The translations under genes and the position numbers were made by a program. This document shows, in pieces, positions 43,064-52,453 of a stretch of DNA of 64,000 nucleotides. The notes beneath the pieces were generated by a model. That model was not told the origin of the DNA and did not search any database. It worked only from the letters and a program-made list of their open reading frames with translations. Position 1 is the stretch's first letter, and each line of letters begins with the position of its first letter. Where the stretch lies: contig CAVTLV010000001.1 of assembly GCA_963735695.1 (NCBI GenBank), forward strand, positions 855,458-919,457, in the 5' to 3' direction. The DNA is from an uncultured Acidobacteriota bacterium (lineage in GTDB: Bacteria > Acidobacteriota > Terriglobia > Terriglobales > Acidobacteriaceae).

Positions 43064-45076
43064 ATGACTCTTGTCGGGCAGTTTCGGATACGCGACGCAT
43101 CACACAGCACTCCTCCAAGCGCGACCCAATCTCAGGCTAAGGCGCTACGACAGAAGCTACTGGGAGGCAGCCTGACGCTGCTTGCTGGATCGGGCCTGGT
43201 TGGGGTCGCCAATCTGGTTTACAACGTGATTACGGCGCGAATGCTGGGCCCCACAGGCTTCGCCCATGTGACGGCAGTCTATACACTGCTGATGCTTGCT
43301 TCCGCGATCACGCTCTCGTTCCAGGCAGTCTGCGCAAAGTATGTTGCGAGCCATGAGTCGTATGAGGACAAGGCAGCGATCTTTTCCTCGTTGCATTTGA
43401 AATCGTGGATGGCGGGCGTCGGACTTGGTCTGCTCCTGTTCCTGTTCAATCGAGTGCTAACAAAATACTTGAATTTGCCGGATCAAGGGTTGATTTCTCT
43501 GCTCGCACTAGGAACGGCTTTTTATATTCCGCTAGGCGCCCGGCGCGGTTACATCCAGGGCGTTCACGCTTTCAGTTCTTTAGCCGCGAACTTCATGGTG
43601 GAAGGACTGGTACGTCTCGGAGGAGCCTACTTTTTAATCAAGTTCGGCCTCGGGGTTGAGGGCGCGGTGCTTGCCAGCGTAATCGCCGTTGTCGCTTCGT
43701 ACTTCCTGGCTAGGCCGCATCCCAGACTGGCATCGTTTCCAAAACTCAAAATTCCTATCGCTTCGGGCGAGAGCGTACAAGCAATCGTGTTCTTCGCCGG
43801 ACAGGGCACAATCAACAATTTCGACATAGTTTTGATGAACCACTTTTTCGTCCCAGAGCAGGCGGGGATCTATGCTGCCGTTTCGCTCGTAGGACGGTTG
43901 ATCAACATGTTTGCCTGGTCTGTGGTGAACACAATGTTCCCTGTCTCCGCCGCTGCTCGTTCGAGCGATCGCGAGGCGCGGCCGGTGTTGTTCATGTCGC
44001 TGACCATGGTCTTCTTCATCTTGTCTGCGTTGATCCTTGGCCTTTGGGCCATTCCCAGCTTCTTGTGGAGGACTCTGTTTGGAGCGCACTTCGAAGTCGC
44101 CAACTCCGGCGGTCTGGCAACGTTGCTGATCCTCTATGCGGTTGCGACCGGAATCTATTCATTGAGTTCCGTGTTGATCAGCTACGAAATGTCGCGCAAG
44201 ATCGCGAACACCAGCTGGGTTCAGTTGGCGTTCAGCGGCGCTTTGATTCTCGGGATATGGGGATTGCACCATTCCCTCGCGCAAGTTATCTACGAGCGTC
44301 TGTTTCTGATGGGGGTGCTGTTTGTCGCCGTCGCCCTGCCTCTCTTGCGCCGGGAGATCACGCCAGCAGAGACCCTGGATGTTCACCCTCCGTTGAGCCT
44401 GGTTCGACCGTTGAGCGAGCAAGTAGTGATCGCTGAGTTTCTCCGCAGCGAGTTTCACCATCCCGAATTTGAAGAGTATCGTCGAGAGTTTGCACGATTG
44501 GTGGAAGCACCAGATCTACAAAGCGACCGCGAGAACGCGCTCCGGCGGGCCCTGCTGTTTCTTCGGCGCGGAGCGATGTGGCGAGAACTTCCGGACGACA
44601 CGCAATGGTTCGAGGTAACACTCACTAGTGAAGAGTTGACTCGGGTCCGCTTCTTTCCGCGCGCGCAGTGGCGACGAGTTGCCGAAGGAAGCTTCTATAT
44701 TATCGACGTACTAACGTGCCTGCGTCAGAAGTGCCAAGAGTCACCCGATGATGAGTTTTTCCGGAAACTACACCGCATCAGCAACCCCGTCCAGGAAGGT
44801 CTGGTGAGCCGCACCGTATTGCTGATCGGAGTGGACGCCCACAGCCCCCTAACGATTCTCGACGGCAATCACCGGATGGCAGCGGCCATGCTCGCCCAGC
44901 CTCCCGCGGCGCTGGAAACCTTTCGCTTCATTTGCGGCCTGTCGCCTGCGATGACACATTGCTGCTGGTACCGGACAAATGTAAACACGCTTTCGCGCTA
45001 CTTGACGAACCTTGTGCGGCACCTATTCTCCGATCCGGAGACGGACCTGGGGCGCTTCCTGGAAAGCGGTTCTTGA
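43064..45076 (+). CDS. MOP-superfamily polysaccharide flippase (Wzx-like) fused to a ~240-aa C-terminal soluble domain
   Basis: The N-terminal ~430 aa are polytopic (LLAGSGLVGVANLVYNVITARMLGP...). The C-terminal domain contains LTILDGNHRMAAAML. Confidence 0.65.
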   Translation: MTLVGQFRIRDASHSTPPSATQSQAKALRQKLLGGSLTLLAGSGLVGVANLVYNVITARMLGPTGFAHVTAVYTLLMLASAITLSFQAVCAKYVASHESYEDKAAIFSSLHLKSWMAGVGLGLLLFLFNRVLTKYLNLPDQGLISLLALGTAFYIPLGARRGYIQGVHAFSSLAANFMVEGLVRLGGAYFLIKFGLGVEGAVLASVIAVVASYFLARPHPRLASFPKLKIPIASGESVQAIVFFAGQGTINNFDIVLMNHFFVPEQAGIYAAVSLVGRLINMFAWSVVNTMFPVSAAARSSDREARPVLFMSLTMVFFILSALILGLWAIPSFLWRTLFGAHFEVANSGGLATLLILYAVATGIYSLSSVLISYEMSRKIANTSWVQLAFSGALILGIWGLHHSLAQVIYERLFLMGVLFVAVALPLLRREITPAETLDVHPPLSLVRPLSEQVVIAEFLRSEFHHPEFEEYRREFARLVEAPDLQSDRENALRRALLFLRRGAMWRELPDDTQWFEVTLTSEELTRVRFFPRAQWRRVAEGSFYIIDVLTCLRQKCQESPDDEFFRKLHRISNPVQEGLVSRTVLLIGVDAHSPLTILDGNHRMAAAMLAQPPAALETFRFICGLSPAMTHCCWYRTNVNTLSRYLTNLVRHLFSDPETDLGRFLESGS

Positions 45077-45084
45077 GAGCGAAC

Positions 45085-46230
45085 CTAGCGCTTTTGTTGA
45101 ATTGAGCCTGGGGTCGCGGACGGGACTGAGTCCTCTACAATGCTGTTGTCGCGGCGACGCAGCGCGACCGGTGCTGGTTGGCGTCGTAACGAATCACGTT
45201 CCTGGGCTACCTTGGTCTGAACTCGCGCGTCATTGTCTTCAGCAACTGCGAAGAGCTTCCGGCCTTCGGCAACCCGACTAGTGGCGACACCTACCGTTAA
45301 ATCGGCTCCGCCGGCCTGGCGCGCTTGCTCATAAAAAAACTCGGCAGTTTCACGGTCTCCTTCGAGTTCGGCGACGTATCCGATATTGTTCAGCGTAAAG
45401 GCGTTGCCAGGATCGAGAGAGTAGGCTTTCCGAAAATCCGCGTCGGCGGTGCGCAAGTCGTTGCGATTGACGGCGGAGACACCACGAAGATTCAATTCCG
45501 CCACCTGCTCGGGCAAGTCTTGCTCGTGCGACAAATGTTCGCGCAAGGCCTTGGCGTTCTGTTGCGCCATCTGGCTGACTTGACGTCCTCGCCAGCCGGG
45601 ATTGGTGGTTACTACCGCTGTCGCCTCAGTGCCCGCTCTGGATGCTTTCTCGAAATTTCGCAAGGCATCCTGCCCCTCGCCCTCCATTTCCTTGGCGACG
45701 CCCATGTTGTTCAGCGTGAATACGTTATTGGGATCGCTCTTGACCACCTCCTGGAGAAGCAGGTCGGCTTCGGGCGCACGTCCCTGTTGCAGAAGACGCA
45801 CAGCTTCGACATTAGCGTGGTTGACTTGAAGAGGCTCGTTCGTTACCGATAGTGCCGCTTTCATAGGCTGACCGCGCAACTGGCTTTTGCTCGACAGATC
45901 AACCACGGCATCGCTGGATTGCTCAGCCGCCAACGAATAGAACTGCTGGGCTCGGTCGATCTGCCCCTGCAATTCCGAAATATATCCGAGATTGTTCAGC
46001 GTAAACGCGTCGTCCGGGTCAAACAAGTACGCCTTGTAGAAGAGCCCTTCCGCTTTTCGGTAGTCATGCTTTCGGACTGCTTCCACGCCCTCGCGGTTGA
46101 GCCGTTGAACGGGGGTGAGTTTGCTACGCCTCGGAATCGTTATCTTGAGATCTCCCGCGCGAGCGTATTGAGAAGTCAATTCCGCTGCTGCGATCAGAGT
46201 TAGCCCTAATAGCCACCGTTTGGGAAGCAT
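45085..46230 (-). CDS. secreted TPR-repeat protein
   Basis: The signal peptide is MLPKRWLLGLTLIAAAELT. Repeated blocks read DP.NAFTLNN.GY..E..G. The ORF-track start at 46302 is a TTG further upstream. Confidence 0.75.
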   Translation of the reverse strand: MLPKRWLLGLTLIAAAELTSQYARAGDLKITIPRRSKLTPVQRLNREGVEAVRKHDYRKAEGLFYKAYLFDPDDAFTLNNLGYISELQGQIDRAQQFYSLAAEQSSDAVVDLSSKSQLRGQPMKAALSVTNEPLQVNHANVEAVRLLQQGRAPEADLLLQEVVKSDPNNVFTLNNMGVAKEMEGEGQDALRNFEKASRAGTEATAVVTTNPGWRGRQVSQMAQQNAKALREHLSHEQDLPEQVAELNLRGVSAVNRNDLRTADADFRKAYSLDPGNAFTLNNIGYVAELEGDRETAEFFYEQARQAGGADLTVGVATSRVAEGRKLFAVAEDNDARVQTKVAQERDSLRRQPAPVALRRRDNSIVEDSVPSATPGSIQQKR

Positions 46231-46383
46231 GCAGACGTTTTCCTCGTGAGTACGAATAATGTGGTCTGGGCTACTGCCAGACGACGATTTGATGCTGAAC
46301 AAGCAGATTTGTTTGCCGTGGGATACGGCAACTCGCTTTCAATTCCGACCACCTAAGAGCCTGGATCGGCATCTAATTGCGGT

Positions 46384-47340
46384 GTGAAACCTGCACTAAG
46401 AATTTGCGTCGCACTTTCTTGCGCCACGATGGCTGTGGGCTGCTCGCTTTTCACCAGTTCTGCCGTCGCACAAAGCGCTAACGAACCTTCCTCGTCGGCC
46501 ATGATCTCGCCCAAATCAGAGGCTAAAGCCGACGGCGCCATTGAACCGAGGAAACCGTCGATCACAGAAGACTCTGAGGACGCCTCCATTGCTGTCGATC
46601 CCTCGACGCTACTGCCGGCGCTGCCACCGGTTCCCAAAGCGAACGCTACGCTGATTGGCGGAACGCTCGACAGGATCGATATGGTTCGCGACAGAGTTAC
46701 CGTTCGTTTGTTCGGAGGCGGGAAAGAGAGCTTTTTGTTTGATCCCCGGACGCAGGTTTATCGCGGCGGCAAGCCCGTCACCGTCGCTGACTTGCATGAG
46801 GGAGAGAGGATATATCTGGATACGATCCTCGACGGCAGCACGGTATTTGCCCGGACTATACGCCTCACGTCGGCCCATGCGACTGGAACGAGCCAGGGCG
46901 TGGTGCTCAAATTCCGGAGTAACGGAGGCGAACTTGTTCTCCGCGATGCACTGTCCCCGAACCCAGTAGATGTTCGGGTGAATCCTTCCACGAGGGTTAT
47001 GCAAGGGGACCGAGCAGTACCTATCAGCGCCCTTGTTCCTGGAACTCTGATTTCAATACGTTTCAGCTCAGAGGGAAGCGCACACAACACCGCGACAGAG
47101 ATCTCAGTCCTTGCGCAGCCAGGTACCCGATATACATTCTCCGGACAGGTGGTTCATATCGATTTGCGTACCGGACTGCTTGTGCTAAATTCCTCGACTG
47201 ATCATAAGACCTACGAGGTCTACCTTCCACCTTCAATCAATCCTGATGAGAGCCTGCAGCCGGGCGCAGCAGTTAAAGTCATCACCGACTTCGACGGAGA
47301 GCGCTACGTCGTGGGCAACGTGACCGTCAATTCGCACTGA
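46384..47340 (+). CDS. hypothetical lipoprotein with three OB/DUF5666-like repeats
   Basis: The start is GTG and the lipobox-like segment is TMAVGC. There are three similar ~80-aa segments: DRVTVRLFGG...VADLHEGERIYLD; ELVLRD...ISALVPGTLISIRF; LLVLNS...LQPGAAVKVITDF. Confidence 0.55.
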   Translation: MKPALRICVALSCATMAVGCSLFTSSAVAQSANEPSSSAMISPKSEAKADGAIEPRKPSITEDSEDASIAVDPSTLLPALPPVPKANATLIGGTLDRIDMVRDRVTVRLFGGGKESFLFDPRTQVYRGGKPVTVADLHEGERIYLDTILDGSTVFARTIRLTSAHATGTSQGVVLKFRSNGGELVLRDALSPNPVDVRVNPSTRVMQGDRAVPISALVPGTLISIRFSSEGSAHNTATEISVLAQPGTRYTFSGQVVHIDLRTGLLVLNSSTDHKTYEVYLPPSINPDESLQPGAAVKVITDFDGERYVVGNVTVNSH

Positions 47341-47432
47341 AGCATTCTCCCGGGCGGAGTCTCGGGCTGGACTAAAAGCCACTTACTGAAAATTACGCAG
47401 GACTTCCACCCAGCGGCAATCGGATAAATGTA

Positions 47433-48926
47433 TTAAGGACCGGGATATCCGAGGTTCTGGTAGTCGCAGACTCCTCCGGTTGCCGGGGCCGGAGGTGTCG
47501 GGGGTGTTGCCCAGGGCACGTTCTGGAAGTCGAAGAACTCGGTCATGTCCATCTGCGCTGCATCCCGTTTGGTTAGAGACGGTATGTCAAACCGAGTCTC
47601 GATAAGTTTCAAAATGGCAGTGTAGTCAGCCGGGGTGTGGGACACATAGTTTTTCTTGGCAAAGGGGGAAACAACGATCAGCGGAAGGCGATAGCCGGTG
47701 AAATTGAAATCGCAGTTGGGTCCATTCGGGTCGTTTCCCACCGTGCATTGATCACCCGTCTGCAGATCGATCGGCGCGATCCCATCGGGGTTCACCGCCT
47801 GCATCGGAGCGATGTGATCGTATAAGCCACCCGCCTCATCGTACGTCAAGATAAAAACCGAATCCTTCCACGAGGGACTGGACATTAGTGCGTTCATCAG
47901 ACTGGCAACGTAAGCGGCACCGACTTGCACGTTCGTGCCAGAACTCGGATGCTCGTCGCGGTGCGACAGAAATCCAGTTTCGATGAACGCCACCGAGGGA
48001 AGTGTTCCAGCTTGCGCATCGCTAAGATACTGCGAAACCGGGACCACATTGTCGGGCAACGCACTTGGAGGAGCATAAGGAGCAAACTGCGTGAGGTAAG
48101 TGCATGCGCCCGCGTTTGATGACGGGGCACTCGGCGTGATCTCTCTTGTCGGACCCGGCTTCGAATCACCCGGAGGTGAAGTAGAACAGGTATCGTCGGA
48201 GTAGTAGACCTTCCAACTGATTCCGGCCTTCGTCATCGCGTCGAAAATCGTGGGCGCTGTGAGCGGAGCATTGTCGGCCGCGTTGGTTCCGGGCGGGTAG
48301 GCATATCCCTCGGAAGTTGCGGCATAGAGATACATGCGATTGATCTGCGTGCGGTCTAGTGCTGGGGCAAACCACCGGTCTGACGTAGCAAAATTCGAGG
48401 CCATGAAGTAGTAATACGGCAGGTCATTCCAGTCGTAATAGCCCATGGCACGAATCCCGGCCGTGTCCGTGAATTGTGGGTTGGCGCCATTGGTATTCTC
48501 GTTCCTCGCGAAGTTTGCTGCATTCCAAACGAAACCATCCAGTGTCGCCGTGCTTGAGCCCGGGTCGTGCAGGTTCCAGTCGAGATGGCTTTCGTTCCAC
48601 GAAGGGCTGAGATTCTCAACGCATTCGGTGGCAAGGTGGAAGGCAGAGACGGTGGTGGCGCCATCGAAGCTGGGATTGGAAGCGTTTACGGGAAGGCCGT
48701 CGAATTGCTGAGCGGGGTATCCATTCGCCGCCCAATAGGCAGGAAGTTGTCCAAAATAAGAATCCAGCGAGCGGTTTTCCTGCACCATGACAACAATGTG
48801 ATTGATGGAGGAGTTGAGGGCGGCATTCGACTGGTTGCCCGAGAGTCCCTGACAGCCAGAAAGCACAGACCCGACGACGATGATCCAAAGAGTAGACAAA
48901 TACCGGAACTTTGCAACCCAGGCCAT
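47433..48926 (-). CDS. phosphoesterase family protein (phospholipase C / AcpA-type acid phosphatase)
   Basis: INHIVVMVQENRSLDSYFG is the family signature. The lipobox-like segment is VLSGC. ATG 48926 is preferred because GGTGG lies upstream. Confidence 0.8.
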   Translation of the reverse strand: MAWVAKFRYLSTLWIIVVGSVLSGCQGLSGNQSNAALNSSINHIVVMVQENRSLDSYFGQLPAYWAANGYPAQQFDGLPVNASNPSFDGATTVSAFHLATECVENLSPSWNESHLDWNLHDPGSSTATLDGFVWNAANFARNENTNGANPQFTDTAGIRAMGYYDWNDLPYYYFMASNFATSDRWFAPALDRTQINRMYLYAATSEGYAYPPGTNAADNAPLTAPTIFDAMTKAGISWKVYYSDDTCSTSPPGDSKPGPTREITPSAPSSNAGACTYLTQFAPYAPPSALPDNVVPVSQYLSDAQAGTLPSVAFIETGFLSHRDEHPSSGTNVQVGAAYVASLMNALMSSPSWKDSVFILTYDEAGGLYDHIAPMQAVNPDGIAPIDLQTGDQCTVGNDPNGPNCDFNFTGYRLPLIVVSPFAKKNYVSHTPADYTAILKLIETRFDIPSLTKRDAAQMDMTEFFDFQNVPWATPPTPPAPATGGVCDYQNLGYPGP

Positions 48927-49280
48927 TCGCACCACCTGATGAGAGTCTTTCGGGAACGAACCGGAACTCGTTTTGGATGAATTCAGCTGCTGGAATGTTG
49001 GTTTGTGAGTGAAGTTGCGAGACCGTAGTTTGATGAATAGGACCGCCTAGTTTCTGCTGGAGATCACCTGAGTTCTATCGACGGGCACCAAGTCCCAGCT
49101 TGTCACCGTCCCAGAGGTTGGCGTACGAAAGATACTTGTTCTAAATAGTGGTTTCGCCATAAACTCGCTCCGTCCCAGAAAGTTCAAGACTGGTTCAGAG
49201 GAATCCACGGGGTGGCGTCCTCCCTCCGGAACCAGAACAATGCAAGTGCAAGACCTCGGCAACTCCGCTCCTGAGGGCAG

Positions 49281-51080
49281 ATGTGTCTTAAAAATTGGTG
49301 TGTCTTAGTCCTGCTGCTGTTGTGGACAGCTATATGTGCGGCGGGGAATTCTGTTGTACCAACCACCACCTTGGCCGCACAGACGGCAAATAACACAAGT
49401 GCGGCTGACATCTTTTTAGCCCAGAGCAATGGGAACGCTGCTGCCGGCAGCGTGAGCAAAGTCGACATTCATAGTCTGCTCTATCCGGGCGCGACCACCA
49501 AAGTGTACGCCCACCTATTGCTGTGGTTCGGAGGTTCGAACCACATGAATGTCGGTTACAGTTCCACGGACGCAAAACAGATCCATCGACAGATCACAGA
49601 CATGATCAGCCGCGGAATTGACGGAGTGATTGTCGACTGGTACGGCCCGAACAATAGCATCGACCAGGCCGCGAAACTAGTGATGTCTGAGGCCGAAGCT
49701 CATCCGGGCTTTACATTCGCAATCATGATCGATCAGGGTGCGATCAAATGGAATTCCTGTTCCGGTTGTTCGCCGCAACAGGCCCTTATCAGCCAACTGC
49801 AATACGTAGAGCAGACCTACTTTCCGTCGCCGGCTTACATGACCCTGTCCGGAAGACCGGTTGTCACTAATTTCGATATTGATCTCTCCTACTCGATCAA
49901 CTGGGATGATGTAAGCGCTTCCCTGTCGACGCAGCCTGCTTTTTTGTTTCAAAACAATGGCGGCTTCACGCATGTCTTGAGTGAAGGCAGCTATTCCTGG
50001 GTCATGCCAACGACTTCTGACTATGGCATCGGCTACCTAAAGAGCTTTTATGACACGGGAATGGGGCTGGGCAACGAACAGATCGTGGGTGCGACGTACA
50101 AGGGATTCAACGACACGCTTGCGGCTTGGGGCTCGGGTCGCATCATGGGCCAGCAGTGCGGCCAAACGTGGCTGCAGACGTTTTCCGAAATCAATAGTCT
50201 CTACAATTCAGGCAGGCAATTGTCGGCATTGCAGTTGGTCACCTGGAATGACTACGAAGAGGGCACCCAGATCGAATCAGGGATTTCCAACTGCCTGACC
50301 GTTTCGGTTTCAACTGCGAGCAATTCATTACGGTGGACGGTTAAGGGGCAGGAGAACACGGTCGATCATTACATCGCATTCGTCAGCACAGACGGCAAGA
50401 ACCTGATGTCTCTCGGTCAAGCCAATCCGGGCGTTGGATCGCTGAACCTCTGCAGCTATTCGATTCCGGATGGGACCTACACCTTCTACGTGCAGGCTGT
50501 TGGAAGAGCGGGCATCACGAACGACATGTCATCAGCGGTACAAGCAAAACTAAACTGCGGGAGCGGAAACAATCAGAGTTTGACTCTCAAGGTTAATCCC
50601 ACAACGATGACCGTCACCTCAGGAAGCTCCGGCACCTCAACTGTAAGCGTGACGCCAGAGGTAGGCTCATTCAACAGCGCCGTCGCGCTCACTTGTTCCG
50701 GGCTTCCCCGCAACTTGAAGTGCTCATTCGCTCCCGCATCCGTCGTTCCAGGCGCGAATACGGCCAGTTCCGTCCTGACCATTACTTCCAGTGCAGCTCC
50801 TTCCACGAATCACAGTGAAGCTCGCACTTTCTTTCTCGGCGATTGCCTGCTCGGGTTCGGCCTGTTCGGAGTGGTGATCGTTGGGAACATCGACCGTCGG
50901 CGTGCGTTCCAACTTGTAGTAGCCGGCGTTCTGAGCACTGCCATTGTCGGTTCCGTCTCCTGCGGCGGAAGTACTGGCGCGGTGCAGAGTTCTGCTATCC
51001 CCAGCAGCTATACCGTTACCGTTAGCGGGAATACTGGATCCATTCAGCTTTCCACCAACGTTACCGTTATCGCGAAGTAG
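49281..51080 (+). CDS. GH99-like hydrolase domain followed by Ig-like modules and hydrophobic C-terminal segments
   Basis: GIDGVIVDWYGPNN...LQLVTWNDYEEGTQIESG shows it is a paralogue of 33323-34306. The C-terminal repeats are of the type SSVLTITSS and SYTVTVSGNTGSIQLSTNVTVIAK. Confidence 0.65.
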   Translation: MCLKNWCVLVLLLLWTAICAAGNSVVPTTTLAAQTANNTSAADIFLAQSNGNAAAGSVSKVDIHSLLYPGATTKVYAHLLLWFGGSNHMNVGYSSTDAKQIHRQITDMISRGIDGVIVDWYGPNNSIDQAAKLVMSEAEAHPGFTFAIMIDQGAIKWNSCSGCSPQQALISQLQYVEQTYFPSPAYMTLSGRPVVTNFDIDLSYSINWDDVSASLSTQPAFLFQNNGGFTHVLSEGSYSWVMPTTSDYGIGYLKSFYDTGMGLGNEQIVGATYKGFNDTLAAWGSGRIMGQQCGQTWLQTFSEINSLYNSGRQLSALQLVTWNDYEEGTQIESGISNCLTVSVSTASNSLRWTVKGQENTVDHYIAFVSTDGKNLMSLGQANPGVGSLNLCSYSIPDGTYTFYVQAVGRAGITNDMSSAVQAKLNCGSGNNQSLTLKVNPTTMTVTSGSSGTSTVSVTPEVGSFNSAVALTCSGLPRNLKCSFAPASVVPGANTASSVLTITSSAAPSTNHSEARTFFLGDCLLGFGLFGVVIVGNIDRRRAFQLVVAGVLSTAIVGSVSCGGSTGAVQSSAIPSSYTVTVSGNTGSIQLSTNVTVIAK

Positions 51081-52379
51081 CGTTACGGGCGGTATATCGC
51101 TCCATGGCGTATGTAAAACGACCGCCCGCCTTGCCCAGCTCAGGGAGTTACGCGTGAGCAACCGTAGAAGGAGAGCTTTTGACGGGATCCAGCGGGGCAA
51201 CCGGCGGACCCGGGCAATATATTTGAGCGTTTGAACTCGCTGCTGAAGCTCGAAGTGCCTCAGATACTTCTGCACCACGTTGGGCATCGTCATGCGCAAT
51301 GCAGCAGAGAAGTTCTGCGTCGCCATCGCGTATTGTTTTTCTGGATCTTTGAGCAAGCGATGCAGGCAATCAGCCAGTCCTTCAGCATCCCCGGGCGGAT
51401 AGAACTCTATGGCCAATTCTTCACTTTGTGCCATTTGGCGAAAATCTGGAAGATCAGCACTCACCATTGGTACGCTAAACGCGCACGCCAGATGCGCCAC
51501 ACCGCTGCAGCCAGTGGAGGACGAATACGGCATCACCGCGACGCTCGATTCCTGGAATAAGTCCGCCAGTTCGTCTTCCGGAACGTATCCTCTGAATTCA
51601 ATCTGAGGATTCCCTGCATTCTCCTTCTTGACGGATTCCACATAACCTGCCGCCTGCGGATGATCTCCCCCGGCAACTACGAGCTGGGCCTCCGGTAACT
51701 TCGGGGAAAGCAATTTGAAAGCCTCGATCATGAGTTCCAACCGCTTGTACGTGCCCCATTTTCCGAAGGCCAGAATACGGTGGGTAGGAGTTCCACGGCG
51801 CGAAAAGTCGGGGAATTCGGGGCGGCGAGCCAGCAATCCGTGGGCGCGCAGATGAACATTGTCGCGGCCGTACTTATCATTCAGAATCTTGCGGTATCCC
51901 GGCATTAGAACAGAGACGGAGTTCGAAAGCAGAAGCATCCTCGTGGCCACCGCACCAGCGAATCGATACAGGCGCTCGTGGCGCACGCCCACGTCCTTCA
52001 ATTCGACCGTATCCATGAGGTGATGCAAAGTCACATGGGTGTATCGTCCACCGAGGCGAGCGAGCAACGGAGACATGAGGCCGCTGAAAGCGACGAGTGG
52101 GTTTCTGCCAAAGGTACTGAACAGCAGATTAAACCAGACCACATCAGGCCTCAGGCGCCTGATGGTTCGGATCAGCCGATAGACGGTGGTCGGATCGTCG
52201 AACGACCAGCACCTCAATACCGTGAAGCCCTCCCGCTCCTCAAGGGCGGTTGGAAGTTCATCCGCAAGCACAGTAAGGCTAAGGAAAGGATTTCGCTGCA
52301 GTTCTTGCGCGATGTGAAATCCGTATTCGCTCAAACCTCCGGTACTGGGAGGGAATGTTGTGACCAGACAAATCTTCAT
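50724..52379 (-). CDS. GT4-family glycosyltransferase with a ~150-aa low-quality C-terminal extension
   Basis: MKICLVTTFPPSTGGLSEYGFHIAQEL is a GT4 N-terminus. A Glycos_transf_1-like core is present (RILAFGKWGTYKRLE...LVVAGG...FRGYVPEDELADLF). The tail overlaps the convergent gene. Confidence 0.75.
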   Translation of the reverse strand: MKICLVTTFPPSTGGLSEYGFHIAQELQRNPFLSLTVLADELPTALEEREGFTVLRCWSFDDPTTVYRLIRTIRRLRPDVVWFNLLFSTFGRNPLVAFSGLMSPLLARLGGRYTHVTLHHLMDTVELKDVGVRHERLYRFAGAVATRMLLLSNSVSVLMPGYRKILNDKYGRDNVHLRAHGLLARRPEFPDFSRRGTPTHRILAFGKWGTYKRLELMIEAFKLLSPKLPEAQLVVAGGDHPQAAGYVESVKKENAGNPQIEFRGYVPEDELADLFQESSVAVMPYSSSTGCSGVAHLACAFSVPMVSADLPDFRQMAQSEELAIEFYPPGDAEGLADCLHRLLKDPEKQYAMATQNFSAALRMTMPNVVQKYLRHFELQQRVQTLKYIARVRRLPRWIPSKALLLRLLTRNSLSWARRAVVLHTPWSDIPPVTLLRDNGNVGGKLNGSSIPANGNGIAAGDSRTLHRASTSAAGDGTDNGSAQNAGYYKLERTPTVDVPNDHHSEQAEPEQAIAEKESASFTVIRGRSCTGSNGQDGTGRIRAWNDGCGSE

Positions 52380-52453
52380 TAGCCTCCTGCGTCGCTCGGC
52401 AGCAGCAGATTCGATGTGCTCCGAGGGAAAGATGTTGTAGACGAGAAAGGACT

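Noticed and set aside
49515-49535. GGTTCGAACC, a tRNA T-loop-like string
   Set aside because: It lies inside a well-supported coding frame (LLWFGGSNHMNV), and no acceptor or anticodon stems can be drawn around it.
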